Below are positions 1 through 9,775 of a DNA stretch of 43,461 nucleotides, piece after piece. The stretch is from an uncultured bacterium (GTDB lineage: Bacteria > Planctomycetota > Phycisphaerae > Phycisphaerales > SM1A02). The stretch covers positions 1 through 43,461 of the forward strand of contig CAIWNO010000046.1 in assembly GCA_903914045.1 (NCBI GenBank). Direction: 5' to 3'. The stretch's first letter is position 1. Each line of letters begins with the position of its first letter. The notes beneath the pieces were generated by a model. That model did no database searches and had not been told where the DNA came from. It saw nothing but the letters and a program-made list of their open reading frames with translations. A program made the position numbers and the translations under genes.

Positions 1-1695
1 ACCACGGATTCAAAGGATTTATTCAGCGGCCGCTACTGCACCGACATTGCAAAAATGGCCAACGCGCCCATATTCCATGTGAATGGCCAAGACCCCGAAG
101 CCTGCGCATGGGCCGCGCGTCTTGCCATTGAATGGCGCCAATCTTTTGGCACCGACATTGTGGTTGACATGTGGTGCTACAGAAAGAATGGCCACAATGA
201 AACCGACGAGCCGTCATTCACGCAGCCGCTTATGTACAAGTTGGTGCGCAAGCAAGTCACGGCCATGACTCACTACGCAAACCGTCTGCAACAAGAAGGC
301 GTGGTCACCGCCGATGAGGTCGAACACCTCAAGAGCGATTTGTTCGCGCGCATGGATGAGGCGCAAACGCGCACCAAAAAAACGCCGGTGGTTCCTGGCA
401 AGAAACCGTTCGACCATATTTGGGCTGGGTTGACAGAGGCATACTCCGACACGCCAATTGAAACAGGTGTGAAAGAAAGCCGCCTGAAAGAAATTGCGGC
501 CGCGCTTGCAAGCGTGCCCCAAGGTTTTGTCACACACAAAAATGTCGCGCGGCTTTTAGAAATCCGCGGCAAGCTTGGCGGCGATGTTGGCGTGGATTGG
601 GGCCTTGCGGAATTGCTGGCCTACGGCTCCCTTCTACTTGAGGGCCATCCCATTCGACTCACTGGTCAAGATGTGGAGCGCGGAACATTCAGCCACCGTC
701 ACGCGGTTGTGGTTGACCAAGACACTGGCGCGCCGCACATCGCATTGAATGAAATCGGCGCAAATCAAGCTAAATTCTGCGTGCACAATTCCCCACTGAC
801 TGAGCAGGCCGTTGTTGGATACGAGTACGGCTACTCGCTCACTGATCCGCGCATGTTGATTTTGTGGGAGGCGCAATTTGGCGACTTCTGCAACGGCGCG
901 CAAATCATCATTGATCAATTCATCGCCAGCGCGGAAACAAAGTGGCAGCGATCAAGCGGCTTGGTGCTGCTGTTGCCTCACGGATACGAAGGCCAGGGGC
1001 CAGAGCACAGTTCATCGCGCGTGGAGCGCTTCCTGCAATTGTGCGCCGTCAATAATATGGTGGTGTGCCAGCCATCCACCACGGCACAAATGTTCCACCT
1101 GTTGCGCCGGCAAATGAAAGTGAAGTTTCGCAAACCGCTCATTGTGCTCACGCCCAAAAGCATGTTGCGCCTGCCCGCGGCGTCAAGCGCGCCCGTTGAA
1201 TTCACCAAGGGCGCGTGGCAACGAACAATGTCCGACACCGCGCCAGAAGCGGCGGCGAACGCGCAGAAATTATTGTTCTGCAGCGGCAAGATTTACCACG
1301 AACTTGTGGCGCAACGCGCCAAGAGCAAGTCCGCCAATATCGCCATTGTGCGCGTTGAACAATTGCATCCGTTTCCCGCCGACGAAATTCAAAAGCATTT
1401 GCAGCAGCACTCCAAGGCCGATGTGTTTTGGGTGCAAGACGAGCCGCGCAACATGGGCGCATGGCGATTTGTGCAGGGCCGCATGATCGATCTCTTCGCG
1501 GATCGACCCGTGAAATATATTGGCCGCCCCGACGGCGCCAGCCCCGCGGTTGGAAGTTTGAAAATGCACGGCCATCAACAAGAAGCCATTCTTGCCGAAG
1601 CGGTTGGCGCAATTCCACTTGCCGATGGCGCCGCCAAAAACGACAAGAGCGACAAAGAATCAACCGACAAATTCCCCGCCGGCACAAAGCACTGA
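1..1695 (+). CDS. sucA: 2-oxoglutarate dehydrogenase E1 component, C-terminal part (5' end cut by the window edge)
   Basis: Frame 1 is open from nt 1 to the TGA at 1693-1695. The translation has OGDH-E1 blocks (NGHNETDEPSFTQP, EAQFGDFCNGAQ, LLPHGYEGQGPEHSS). The E2 gene follows 33 nt downstream. Confidence 0.9.
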   Translation, partial: TTDSKDLFSGRYCTDIAKMANAPIFHVNGQDPEACAWAARLAIEWRQSFGTDIVVDMWCYRKNGHNETDEPSFTQPLMYKLVRKQVTAMTHYANRLQQEGVVTADEVEHLKSDLFARMDEAQTRTKKTPVVPGKKPFDHIWAGLTEAYSDTPIETGVKESRLKEIAAALASVPQGFVTHKNVARLLEIRGKLGGDVGVDWGLAELLAYGSLLLEGHPIRLTGQDVERGTFSHRHAVVVDQDTGAPHIALNEIGANQAKFCVHNSPLTEQAVVGYEYGYSLTDPRMLILWEAQFGDFCNGAQIIIDQFIASAETKWQRSSGLVLLLPHGYEGQGPEHSSSRVERFLQLCAVNNMVVCQPSTTAQMFHLLRRQMKVKFRKPLIVLTPKSMLRLPAASSAPVEFTKGAWQRTMSDTAPEAAANAQKLLFCSGKIYHELVAQRAKSKSANIAIVRVEQLHPFPADEIQKHLQQHSKADVFWVQDEPRNMGAWRFVQGRMIDLFADRPVKYIGRPDGASPAVGSLKMHGHQQEAILAEAVGAIPLADGAAKNDKSDKESTDKFPAGTKH

Positions 1696-1728
1696 CCATT
1701 TCACACACCCAAGCATGGAGCCACTTGA

Positions 1729-2997
1729 ATGATTGACATTGTGATACCAAGTCCTGGTGAAAGCATTTCCGAAGTTCGTCTTGGCGCGTGGAAGCGCGGC
1801 GATGGCGAGTGGGTGGAAAAAGATGATGTCATCACTGAGATTGAAAGCGACAAGGCCACGCTGGACATTTTGGCCACGGCTTCCGGCGTGCTCAAAGTTG
1901 CCGCGCAAACTGGCGATGATCTAAAAGTTGGCGCCGTTGTGGCGCGCATTGACGAGAAGGCCGCGCGTCCCGCTGGCGCAAGCGCCAAGAACACAAGCAA
2001 CGCCGCATCACCTGCGGCGATCCAAGTCACCAAAGAAAATGCGCCCGCGCATAAAGAAATTTCCAACGCCGCCGTTGTTGAACCAAAGGTCACCAGCGTG
2101 GCGCGCAAAATGGCCGTGGACAAAGGCGTTGATCTTGGAAAAGTAGAAGGCTCTGGTCCAGGCGGACGCATCACCAAAACAGATGTTGAACATGCCCAAA
2201 CAGCGAACACGCAAAGCGCCGCGCCAACCGCGCCGCAACTTGGTGTTGGCGCCGCAAAAATTTCTTCCGCGCCAATGGCAACCAGCGAGCGTGGAGTGCG
2301 CCGCGAGCGCATGACCAAATTGCGCCAGCGCATTGCTGAACGACTTGTGTCTGCAAAAAATACCGCCGCCATGTTGACCACCTTCAACGAAGCCGACATG
2401 TCGCAAGTCATGCGCCTGCGCGCCGAGCACAAGGAAGCATTTGAAAAGCGCCACGGCACAAGCTTGGGCTTCATGGGTTTCTTCGTGAAGGCCGTGGTGG
2501 GAGCGCTGGAAAAATATCCACGCCTCAACGCGTTCATCATTGGCGACGAGGTCGAATACCACGACTACATCGATGTCTCCGTGGCCGTTGGCACCGATAA
2601 GGGACTCATGGTTCCAGTTCTGCGCAACGCCAATCGTCTTTCAATTGCCGAAGTGGAGCGCACCATTCGCGAACTTGCCTTGAAGGCGCGCGACAACAAA
2701 CTCACCGTTCATGACATGACTGGTGGAACATTCACCATCACCAACGGCGGCGTCTACGGCAGTCTCATGAGCACGCCCATTCTGAATCCGCCGCAGTCTG
2801 GAATTCTTGGCATGCACGCCATTAAAAACCGCGCCGTAGAGGACCCAAAAAATCCCGGCCACGTCGCCATTCGCCCCATGATGTATTTGGCCCTGAGCTA
2901 CGACCACCGCATTGTCGACGGCTCCGAAGCCGTTGGATTTCTAGTGGACATTAAGAACGCCATTGAAAACCCAGAGCGCTTGTTGCTTGACGTGTAA
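1729..2997 (+). CDS. sucB: Dihydrolipoamide succinyltransferase (E2 of the 2-oxoglutarate dehydrogenase complex)
   Basis: ATG at 1729 is preceded by GGAG (1717-1720). There is an N-terminal lipoyl domain (EIESDKAT), a peripheral-subunit-binding segment ([13 protein letters not shown]) and the catalytic motif SYDHRIVDG near the C-terminus. Confidence 0.92.
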   Translation: MIDIVIPSPGESISEVRLGAWKRGDGEWVEKDDVITEIESDKATLDILATASGVLKVAAQTGDDLKVGAVVARIDEKAARPAGASAKNTSNAASPAAIQVTKENAPAHKEISNAAVVEPKVTSVARKMAVDKGVDLGKVEGSGPGGRITKTDVEHAQTANTQSAAPTAPQLGVGAAKISSAPMATSERGVRRERMTKLRQRIAERLVSAKNTAAMLTTFNEADMSQVMRLRAEHKEAFEKRHGTSLGFMGFFVKAVVGALEKYPRLNAFIIGDEVEYHDYIDVSVAVGTDKGLMVPVLRNANRLSIAEVERTIRELALKARDNKLTVHDMTGGTFTITNGGVYGSLMSTPILNPPQSGILGMHAIKNRAVEDPKNPGHVAIRPMMYLALSYDHRIVDGSEAVGFLVDIKNAIENPERLLLDV

Positions 2998-3079
2998 GTC
3001 ACAACGCACGCGGCCAATCCGCGGCGCCGTTGGTCAATTTCAAAGTTCACAATTCAAATTGCAAATGCCAATCGAAGAC

Positions 3080-4942
3080 TCAATGTCGATCTGGTTCGCC
3101 GCGCTCACGCACCGCAAGTTTGCCCTGTTTCTCATCCTGATCCGGCTCAATACCCATGTAATTTAAAACCTCATCAACCATGTCGCGGCACACTGGTCCA
3201 GCGATAGAACCGCCGTAATGTCCCTTGGATTTATCTGGATCATCAAGAACAACCAGGCACACAATCCGCGGATTATCAAAGGGCGCTCCCGCGATAAACG
3301 AACTGACATAGCGATCCTCAAAGTAGCCCTTGCCTTGTCCCTTTGGTTTTGGCAACTGCGCGGTACCGGACTTTCCAAACATTCTATAAAATTCGCTTTG
3401 CGCTTTGCGACCAGTTCCTTCAATCATCACACCTTCCATTGCGTCACGCGCCGTCAACGCAATCGCTTCTGGCATGACACGCTTACATGGAATTGAATAT
3501 TGATTGTCCCCGCCTTCAGTTCCAAGCGACAAACGCGCGGGCACCATGGTTCCGTCCCTACAAAATGCGGAGAATGCTTGCACCATTTGAATTGGCGTGA
3601 CACCAATTTCGTGGCCCATGCACACGCTTGTTTGCGTATACACCGACCATTTTTTCGGCGTAGTCACCAAGCCTTCGCTCTCGCCAGGAATTCCAACGCC
3701 GCTCTTTTTTCCAAATCCAAATCGTTGCACCATGTCTTGCATTTGGCTGGACTTCATTCTTTCGGCCGCAGCAGCCATTCCACCGTTGAGCGACTTCACA
3801 AGCACTTTTTTCCATGTCACGGGTCCTGGATATTTCACATCGCGAATCACGCGGCCAAACTTGGTGACATATGGCCCGTTTGGCAAATGCACAATAGTTT
3901 CAGGCTTGAATACGCCAAGTTCCGTGGCGGTGGCCCACACAAATGGCTTGAATGTTGAGCCTGGCTCATACGGGTCAGTGACATTCCTGTTTCGACCAAG
4001 CGAAGGATGGATCGCGCGCGATGGATCGGTTGTCACTTCCTTCCAACCCTTGCGCGGATGCAGCACATCCGCCATGGCAAGAATGTCGCCGGTCTGCACA
4101 TCCATAATTACCGCGCGTCCGCCACCAGCATTCCACTTTTTCACACCCTCCTGCAAAAGGCGCTCCGCAATTTCTTGCGCGACCAAATCAATGGATAAGC
4201 GAACATCCACGCCATCGCGAGGCGCTTGATAATCATTTCCTTCGATCCACAACGGCTGCCTTTTGACATCGCGCAAAAACACAAGTTGTCCGTCCTTGCC
4301 GCGCACTTGCGCGTTGTGCTGTAATTCAGCGCCAGCTTGACCGCTCTGCTCCAAGCCAACCCTTCCAATCACCATGCCAGCCAAATCACCAGCGGGATAT
4401 TCACGGATTGGTCTTGATTCAATGCCTATTCCAGCGATATTCAACGCGCGTATTTGATCCACTTGCTCCGACGTCAACATGTCGGCCAGTTGCACGTAGC
4501 GATCGTCCGCGCGATTTTGTAATTTGAATTCTATTGATTTGGGCGATTGACCAAGCGAGCCACCAATCGCATTTGCCACATCTTTGAACGGATCACCCAC
4601 GACTTGCGAATCTGGCTCCAGCAATTTTCCTTTACGAATGCGGTCCCAACCGCGCTCCCAAATCATTGCCGGATCCGCAAACAGTCTCCGTCCCATCAAA
4701 CTTGCCGCAAGCACGCGGCCGCGGCGATCAACAATTTGTCCGCGCGATGCCAGTTCTGGAGCGGTGCTTCTATGAACGCCAGCTGCGTTTGTCAGTTGTG
4801 GATCGTTGGTTGTTTTCAACCACACAACGCGCGCCGAAATCGACAGTAAAAGAGCAGCCGCGCCAAGAATAAGAACACGACTCCAAGCGCGAATTCGGCT
4901 TGATTGATCTTCTGCAATCTTGGAAAAAAAACAATGATTCAT
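3080..4942 (-). CDS. ftsI: Class B penicillin-binding protein / peptidoglycan D,D-transpeptidase FtsI
   Basis: It has an N-terminal TM anchor and transpeptidase motifs STFK (SxxK), KSLNGG (SxN) and KSGTA (KTG-type, as in E. coli PBP3). Its ATG overlaps the stop of the upstream ftsL-like ORF (ATGA at 4939-4942). Confidence 0.85.
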   Translation of the reverse strand: MNHCFFSKIAEDQSSRIRAWSRVLILGAAALLLSISARVVWLKTTNDPQLTNAAGVHRSTAPELASRGQIVDRRGRVLAASLMGRRLFADPAMIWERGWDRIRKGKLLEPDSQVVGDPFKDVANAIGGSLGQSPKSIEFKLQNRADDRYVQLADMLTSEQVDQIRALNIAGIGIESRPIREYPAGDLAGMVIGRVGLEQSGQAGAELQHNAQVRGKDGQLVFLRDVKRQPLWIEGNDYQAPRDGVDVRLSIDLVAQEIAERLLQEGVKKWNAGGGRAVIMDVQTGDILAMADVLHPRKGWKEVTTDPSRAIHPSLGRNRNVTDPYEPGSTFKPFVWATATELGVFKPETIVHLPNGPYVTKFGRVIRDVKYPGPVTWKKVLVKSLNGGMAAAAERMKSSQMQDMVQRFGFGKKSGVGIPGESEGLVTTPKKWSVYTQTSVCMGHEIGVTPIQMVQAFSAFCRDGTMVPARLSLGTEGGDNQYSIPCKRVMPEAIALTARDAMEGVMIEGTGRKAQSEFYRMFGKSGTAQLPKPKGQGKGYFEDRYVSSFIAGAPFDNPRIVCLVVLDDPDKSKGHYGGSIAGPVCRDMVDEVLNYMGIEPDQDEKQGKLAVRERGEPDRH

Positions 4943-5271
4943 CCGCCAAACTCCACTGCTATGGCATCGGCATCTTTCACGCCGGGATCCGCGGCCAAAC
5001 GTGGTTGCGTTGGTGGCGTCGGAGCATCAAGCCTGTGTGGAATTGGCCTCCATTGCAACTTCATCGAGTCCAACGCAAGTCGTATGGAATCTGGTCTTAC
5101 GTGAGAGGCAACTTGCGCTCGGCATCTCCATAATTCGCGTTGCTGTTCAAGCAATCTCCAATGTGTTCTGGAAATCTTGGCGGCCACCTCATAGCGTTTT
5201 TGCCGCGTCTCTAAAAGCGCGGTCGCCATAATTCCAAGGCCTAACACAATTGCTATTGCTTTTCCAAACAT
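4939..5271 (-). CDS. FtsL-like small bitopic cell-division protein (putative)
   Basis: 110 aa with ATG at 5271. The N-terminal TM helix (AIAIVLGLGIMATALL) is followed by a charged helical segment. It sits immediately upstream of ftsI and is translationally coupled to it. The call rests on position and architecture only. Confidence 0.5.
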   Translation of the reverse strand: MFGKAIAIVLGLGIMATALLETRQKRYEVAAKISRTHWRLLEQQRELWRCRAQVASHVRPDSIRLALDSMKLQWRPIPHRLDAPTPPTQPRLAADPGVKDADAIAVEFGG

Positions 5272-5286
5272 GGTTTGGCTTTGAAA

Positions 5287-6291
5287 TTAGTTGGTCTTTG
5301 GAAGCTGAATACTCATGCCAGGTGAAAGCGCCGCTGGATCCGAAAGATCAGATCCATTGGCCGCAACAATATCTTTCCACCTACTGGTTTTGCCCAATTT
5401 TTTCTTGGCGATGGAGCCAAGCGTGTCGCCTTTTTGAACCACATACACGCTGTCCGATGTTGGCGATGCGCTGACTTTGGTTGTGGATTTCGCATTGACC
5501 TTCTTCAAGCCCGACACATTTTTCACGGCATCGATCTCAATAACAGAGGTCTTTGCCGCAACAACCGAAGGCGACAACTCCACGGTGGAAATATCCGCCG
5601 CTGCAAGCAGCGGAACTTCTTGATTTGTTTTTGAAACACCAACCCCACGCAACAACGCGCTCTCTTGTTCTTGTGGTGTCGCGCTCACTCTTGCGCCCTT
5701 TATTGTTGTTGCAACAACTGCGCCCTGACGAAGTTGCTCCACCGGTGGAAGTCGCAGTGTCACGCCCTTGCGCAATTTGGCTGCATTTGGCAATTCTTTT
5801 TTGTTGTATTGAGCCAATTCCTTCCACAGTGATCCGTCTCCATAGGTTTTGGCGCAAATGGAATACAGCGTTTCGCCATCCGCAATCGGGTGTAATTGAA
5901 CGCCTGGTTCGCTCTCTTGTACTTTCACTTTTTTGGATGGCTCAACACCCTTCAGAGCCACTTCCGACGTGCCATCAAGCGCGTTTGAAACTGTGCGTGC
6001 CTTGGAATTTTCAACAACCACTTCTGACCCCGCAAGATTCTGGTTGGAAATGCGGCGCACATCCTTATTCGACTCCATTCCAATCATGACTTCGGTTGGT
6101 TGCGCGCCGCCAGTTGCTGGCACAGCAGCCAGTGAAATCGGACGACTCACTCTTTCCCGTGTTCGATCGGGGTTATTCAAAACCGCGGCGGCCTGCCGCT
6201 GAGCTGTACTGAAGTGATCGCTCACCAAAATTCCCACGAACAGAAGCAAACCGAAACCAACAACCATGGCTAATTTATTTTCTCGTGTCAT
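5287..6291 (-). CDS. Membrane-anchored protein with two LysM peptidoglycan-binding domains
   Basis: The start was re-picked to ATG 6291 (MTRENKL...), which has AAGGA upstream; the track start at 6315 is TTG. There is a TM helix (LAMVVGFGLLLFVGILV) and two LysM-type segments (HPIADGETLYSICAKTYGDGSLWKELAQYN...LRLP and YVVQKGDTLGSIAKKKLGKTSRWKDIVAANG...IQLP). Confidence 0.8.
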   Translation of the reverse strand: MTRENKLAMVVGFGLLLFVGILVSDHFSTAQRQAAAVLNNPDRTRERVSRPISLAAVPATGGAQPTEVMIGMESNKDVRRISNQNLAGSEVVVENSKARTVSNALDGTSEVALKGVEPSKKVKVQESEPGVQLHPIADGETLYSICAKTYGDGSLWKELAQYNKKELPNAAKLRKGVTLRLPPVEQLRQGAVVATTIKGARVSATPQEQESALLRGVGVSKTNQEVPLLAAADISTVELSPSVVAAKTSVIEIDAVKNVSGLKKVNAKSTTKVSASPTSDSVYVVQKGDTLGSIAKKKLGKTSRWKDIVAANGSDLSDPAALSPGMSIQLPKTN

Positions 6292-6415
6292 TGTCGCATC
6301 CTTGCGTTGTGGCAATCTTGATTTTCAATCTCACGAATGCCCGTTGTCCATTCACAAACTTCCATCAACACCAATCACTCCATCACACCTGCTCTTCACG
6401 CCGCACCAAGCGAAC

Positions 6416-7465
6416 TTATATACCAACAATCCGAACCGTGCGAAGCTTGGCGGAGCGTGATCTTGGATTCGCGCCACATTCCGCTTCGCTTGCAACCAAA
6501 GGCTTTCGACCAATGCGGGTCACCCATCCTTGGCGTTCCCAATCAGTGAAAGCCCTCTTGATTAATCGGTCTTCGAGGCTATGGAACGCCAAAATTGCCA
6601 TGCGAGCATTTCGAGCCAACCATGTGTGGGGTGTGCCCAAAGCCGACCCGCGCACGATGGAGTCACTTTGAGATGCCCCAGCACCAAATATGGAGTGGTC
6701 TTGACCCTTGAAATCAGCCGCGCGCGCCAGAGAAAATCCTGCAATTTCCTGCTGAAATACAGCTAAAAGTGTATCCAGCGACTCAAGTTCTTTGTTCACC
6801 GCAATGCGCAGAGCCATAAAGGTCCGAGTTGCCGGATGCATGCGACTTTGCCGGGCCTTGCCCCCATACGCCGACACCACGGCCTTGGCCAAATCGGTGG
6901 TGGTCTTCAATAATCCCAAATCGCGGATGTAGATAATTCGCCGAGCAATCCGCCTTGAAAATGGGTCTTCCCCTAGCTGAAATATTAAATCTGCAAGTTC
7001 GGCCTCCGTCACCCGAGAAAGCAAAGCGTGGGCGCTTTCACCTGTGCTTTGATCAAGCCGCATATCAAGCGGCCCATCGGCGGCAAACGAAAATCCCCGC
7101 GCGCCGTCGCTCATTTGATTGCTGGCAAATCCTAAATCAGCCAGAAATGCATCAGCACAAAGGGAGTGCTGGCGCAATACGTCCGCCACATTTGAAAAAT
7201 TGGAATGTGCAACTACGACCCGCGGCGCGTCCGCAAGAGCGCGGACTCTTTCGCTGGCAAATGCAAGATTAATTTCATCCACATCAAGTAGCAGCAACGT
7301 TCCTTGGCGGCCAATCGCCCGAGCAATGGCTTGTGCATGACCACCTCTACCCGCGGTGGCGTCAACAACGGTGTTGCCAGATTCAAGATCAAGCCCTTGA
7401 ATAATTTCACGCAACATCACCGGCTCGTGATCGATCGGATCATGCGGTGCGTCGCCCACACTCAC
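6416..7465 (-). CDS. rsmH: 16S rRNA (cytosine1402-N4)-methyltransferase RsmH (MraW)
   Basis: It has the motifs HEPVMLREI...VDATAGRGGHA (SAM-binding), DLGFASNQM and FHSLEDRLIKRAF. The GTG start at 7465 overlaps the stop of the upstream gene (GTGA). A roughly 30-aa insertion precedes the FHSLEDR block relative to typical RsmH. Confidence 0.9.
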   Translation of the reverse strand: MSVGDAPHDPIDHEPVMLREIIQGLDLESGNTVVDATAGRGGHAQAIARAIGRQGTLLLLDVDEINLAFASERVRALADAPRVVVAHSNFSNVADVLRQHSLCADAFLADLGFASNQMSDGARGFSFAADGPLDMRLDQSTGESAHALLSRVTEAELADLIFQLGEDPFSRRIARRIIYIRDLGLLKTTTDLAKAVVSAYGGKARQSRMHPATRTFMALRIAVNKELESLDTLLAVFQQEIAGFSLARAADFKGQDHSIFGAGASQSDSIVRGSALGTPHTWLARNARMAILAFHSLEDRLIKRAFTDWERQGWVTRIGRKPLVASEAECGANPRSRSAKLRTVRIVGI

Positions 7466-8769
7466 GCTTTGGTTTGCTCTTGAGTGGGGCTCACGCTTGA
7501 TGCCGTGAGTCTTTCATGCGATTTCTTGAACCACTCAAGGCGACGCGCGCGTTTCACCGCGAAACTCACCACTAATAAATACCCCGCCAACACAATGCCC
7601 TCCACCACAATGCCTTTCACGCTTGTCAACAACAACATGATGGACATACCTACGCCCAAAATGGTGAATCCGCCAGCAATGGTGTACAGGGTAAGAACAG
7701 CCTTGCGAACATTGCCGCCAAAATAACGCTTTAACCTGTGGTGAATATGGTTGCTGTCGGCATCCGACATGGAGCGACCCGCCACCTTGCGGCGAATAAT
7801 GGCGAGTGTGGTATCCAGAATAGGCAGACCAAAACAAATTAAACCCGCCACCGAGTATTTGGTGGTTCCATATTCACCAAATGTCATAATAATTACGACG
7901 CTTAAAAATCCAATTAAGAGGCTGCCACAATCGCCAAGAAAAATAACCGCGGGATTAAAGTTGTAAGGAAGAAATCCAAGTGTTGCGCCCAGCAATATCA
8001 AACTTAAAATAATTCGCGTTCCCGCCAGGCTTGTCTCCGGATTTTCAACAGGAAGCGCGTACGCCATGGTTAAACTAATTGCCAAAAATCCCGCCGCCAT
8101 GATTGCGGTCGTTCCAGTCAGAAGTCCATCAAGGCCGTCTATTAAGTTGGCGGCATTGCATCCACCTATAACAAATATGGCGGTAATAGCGGTGCCAATC
8201 CAGTAATACAGTTCAGAATTGTGAACGGCAAACGATCCAATGGAAAACAAAATATCTTTTGGCTCGCCGCAAATCGCTGAAAGAACTCCTGCGGCTAATT
8301 GCGGACCAACATCTTCTATAGCCAGAGCGGCAGCTGCTATAAGTTGTCCGGCAATTTTCAAGCGCGGATCCCACTTCCAAATGTCATCTGCAAGACCAGT
8401 AAAAACAATAGCCAACATGCCCACCACAATGCTGACCGGAACACCCTGCAATGTGGCGGCTTGTCCGCTTGTGAATAGACCACTTGCGGCAATTCCAGCC
8501 AAAACACCTGCAAATATGGCCAAACCACCCAGATACGCAATTGGATATGCGTGTTGTTTACGCGCCTGATCGGGATGATCAATAATGTCGGCTGACACCG
8601 CCACGCGGCGCACGATTGGAGTGGCGATCAATGTGGCCACCAACGCGGCGACAAACACCGGCATGTAGCCCGAAAGCAATTCCGCCGGATTTAAAACAGT
8701 CCAGGTTGAAACATCACTTCCCTGACTGGCAATGGACCCGCTTTCATTTAGAAAATTGGTATGCATCAT
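7462..8769 (-). CDS. Polyprenyl-phosphate HexNAc-1-phosphate transferase (WecA/WbpL-type, MraY superfamily)
   Basis: It is a multi-TM protein with NAANLIDGLDGL, FLGDCGSLLIG and the WecA-type HIHH motif (SNHIHHRL). It lacks the MraY-specific PIHHHYE pattern. Its ATG overlaps the epimerase stop (ATGA at 8766-8769). Confidence 0.8.
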   Translation of the reverse strand: MMHTNFLNESGSIASQGSDVSTWTVLNPAELLSGYMPVFVAALVATLIATPIVRRVAVSADIIDHPDQARKQHAYPIAYLGGLAIFAGVLAGIAASGLFTSGQAATLQGVPVSIVVGMLAIVFTGLADDIWKWDPRLKIAGQLIAAAALAIEDVGPQLAAGVLSAICGEPKDILFSIGSFAVHNSELYYWIGTAITAIFVIGGCNAANLIDGLDGLLTGTTAIMAAGFLAISLTMAYALPVENPETSLAGTRIILSLILLGATLGFLPYNFNPAVIFLGDCGSLLIGFLSVVIIMTFGEYGTTKYSVAGLICFGLPILDTTLAIIRRKVAGRSMSDADSNHIHHRLKRYFGGNVRKAVLTLYTIAGGFTILGVGMSIMLLLTSVKGIVVEGIVLAGYLLVVSFAVKRARRLEWFKKSHERLTASSVSPTQEQTKA

Positions 8770-9767
8770 GCGGCACGCTCTGGGGAAAGTGAACCTTGCA
8801 ACGACGCGACGATATCGATGATTGTTGTATCCAAAGAAATGGTTGAGGCAAATCCAATCGCTTGGCGAATGCGTTGCAGATTTGGTTGGCGCAATTTCAG
8901 ATCTTCAAATCCTTTTCCAAAAACTTGTTCATAGGACACATGCTCAATGCGCGACTGAGAACCCGTAACGCGAATAACACGCTCCGCCAATGCTTGCATT
9001 GAAATCATTTCGTCTGACCCAATGTTGAATATCCATCCTAGACAATCCGTTGTTCGCAACAACCGAATCAGCGCTGGAGTCACATCGCGGACATCACAGA
9101 AACAGCGCTGTTGAGAGCCATCGCCATGCACTTCAAGGGGCCGCCCCCGTAGTGCCGATTGAATAAAGCGAGGTAGCACCATTCCCCATTGACCGTTTTG
9201 CCTGGGCCCAACCGTGTTAAAAAACCGCACAATGACCGATTGCAGTTTGGACTCGGAAACCGCTGCAAGCGTCAGAAATTCGTCAAGCGCTTTGGAATAT
9301 CCGTAACTCCAACGTGAGGAGGTTGTAGGTCCAAATACAACATCGTCTTCTTCGGAAAATGGAACGCGAATGCCTTTGCCATACACCTCACTGCTTGAAG
9401 CAACCAACAACTTGGCGTCATCGCGCAGCGCCCACCGAATTGCGGCGTCAGTTTCAAAAATATTATTTTCGATGGATTTGCGGGCGTTTTCTACAATTAA
9501 ACGAACACCCACCGCCGCCGCCATGTGATAGATCTCATTCAATCGAGGAATGTTGGCCCGCGTCAACGCGCCTGAAACAGTAGATTGAATAAATTGAAGA
9601 CGTTCTCCAGCTCGACTCTTTGCTCGGGAAAGATTCGCTTCATCGCCAGTTGAAAGATCATCAACCACGGTCACGTGGGCGCCGTCCATAAGCAATTGCT
9701 CAACAAGATGGCTTCCAATAAACCCCGCGCCACCCGTAACAAGAATGTGCTGCGTGGTGGTGGTCAT
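8766..9767 (-). CDS. NAD-dependent sugar-nucleotide epimerase/dehydratase (extended SDR)
   Basis: It has a Rossmann motif (VTGGAGFIGSHL), SSSEVYG and the catalytic YxxxK (YGYSKALDE). The exact substrate cannot be read from the sequence. Confidence 0.85.
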   Translation of the reverse strand: MTTTTQHILVTGGAGFIGSHLVEQLLMDGAHVTVVDDLSTGDEANLSRAKSRAGERLQFIQSTVSGALTRANIPRLNEIYHMAAAVGVRLIVENARKSIENNIFETDAAIRWALRDDAKLLVASSSEVYGKGIRVPFSEEDDVVFGPTTSSRWSYGYSKALDEFLTLAAVSESKLQSVIVRFFNTVGPRQNGQWGMVLPRFIQSALRGRPLEVHGDGSQQRCFCDVRDVTPALIRLLRTTDCLGWIFNIGSDEMISMQALAERVIRVTGSQSRIEHVSYEQVFGKGFEDLKLRQPNLQRIRQAIGFASTISLDTTIIDIVASLQGSLSPERAA

Positions 9768-9775
9768 ATATCACC

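Noticed and set aside
1701-2540. A 279-aa minus-strand ORF antisense to sucB; similar shadow ORFs occur at 22554-23213, 40007-40654 and 36840-37310
   Set aside because: Each overlaps a strongly supported gene on the other strand or in another frame, and none has a recognisable motif or SD. They are treated as spurious.
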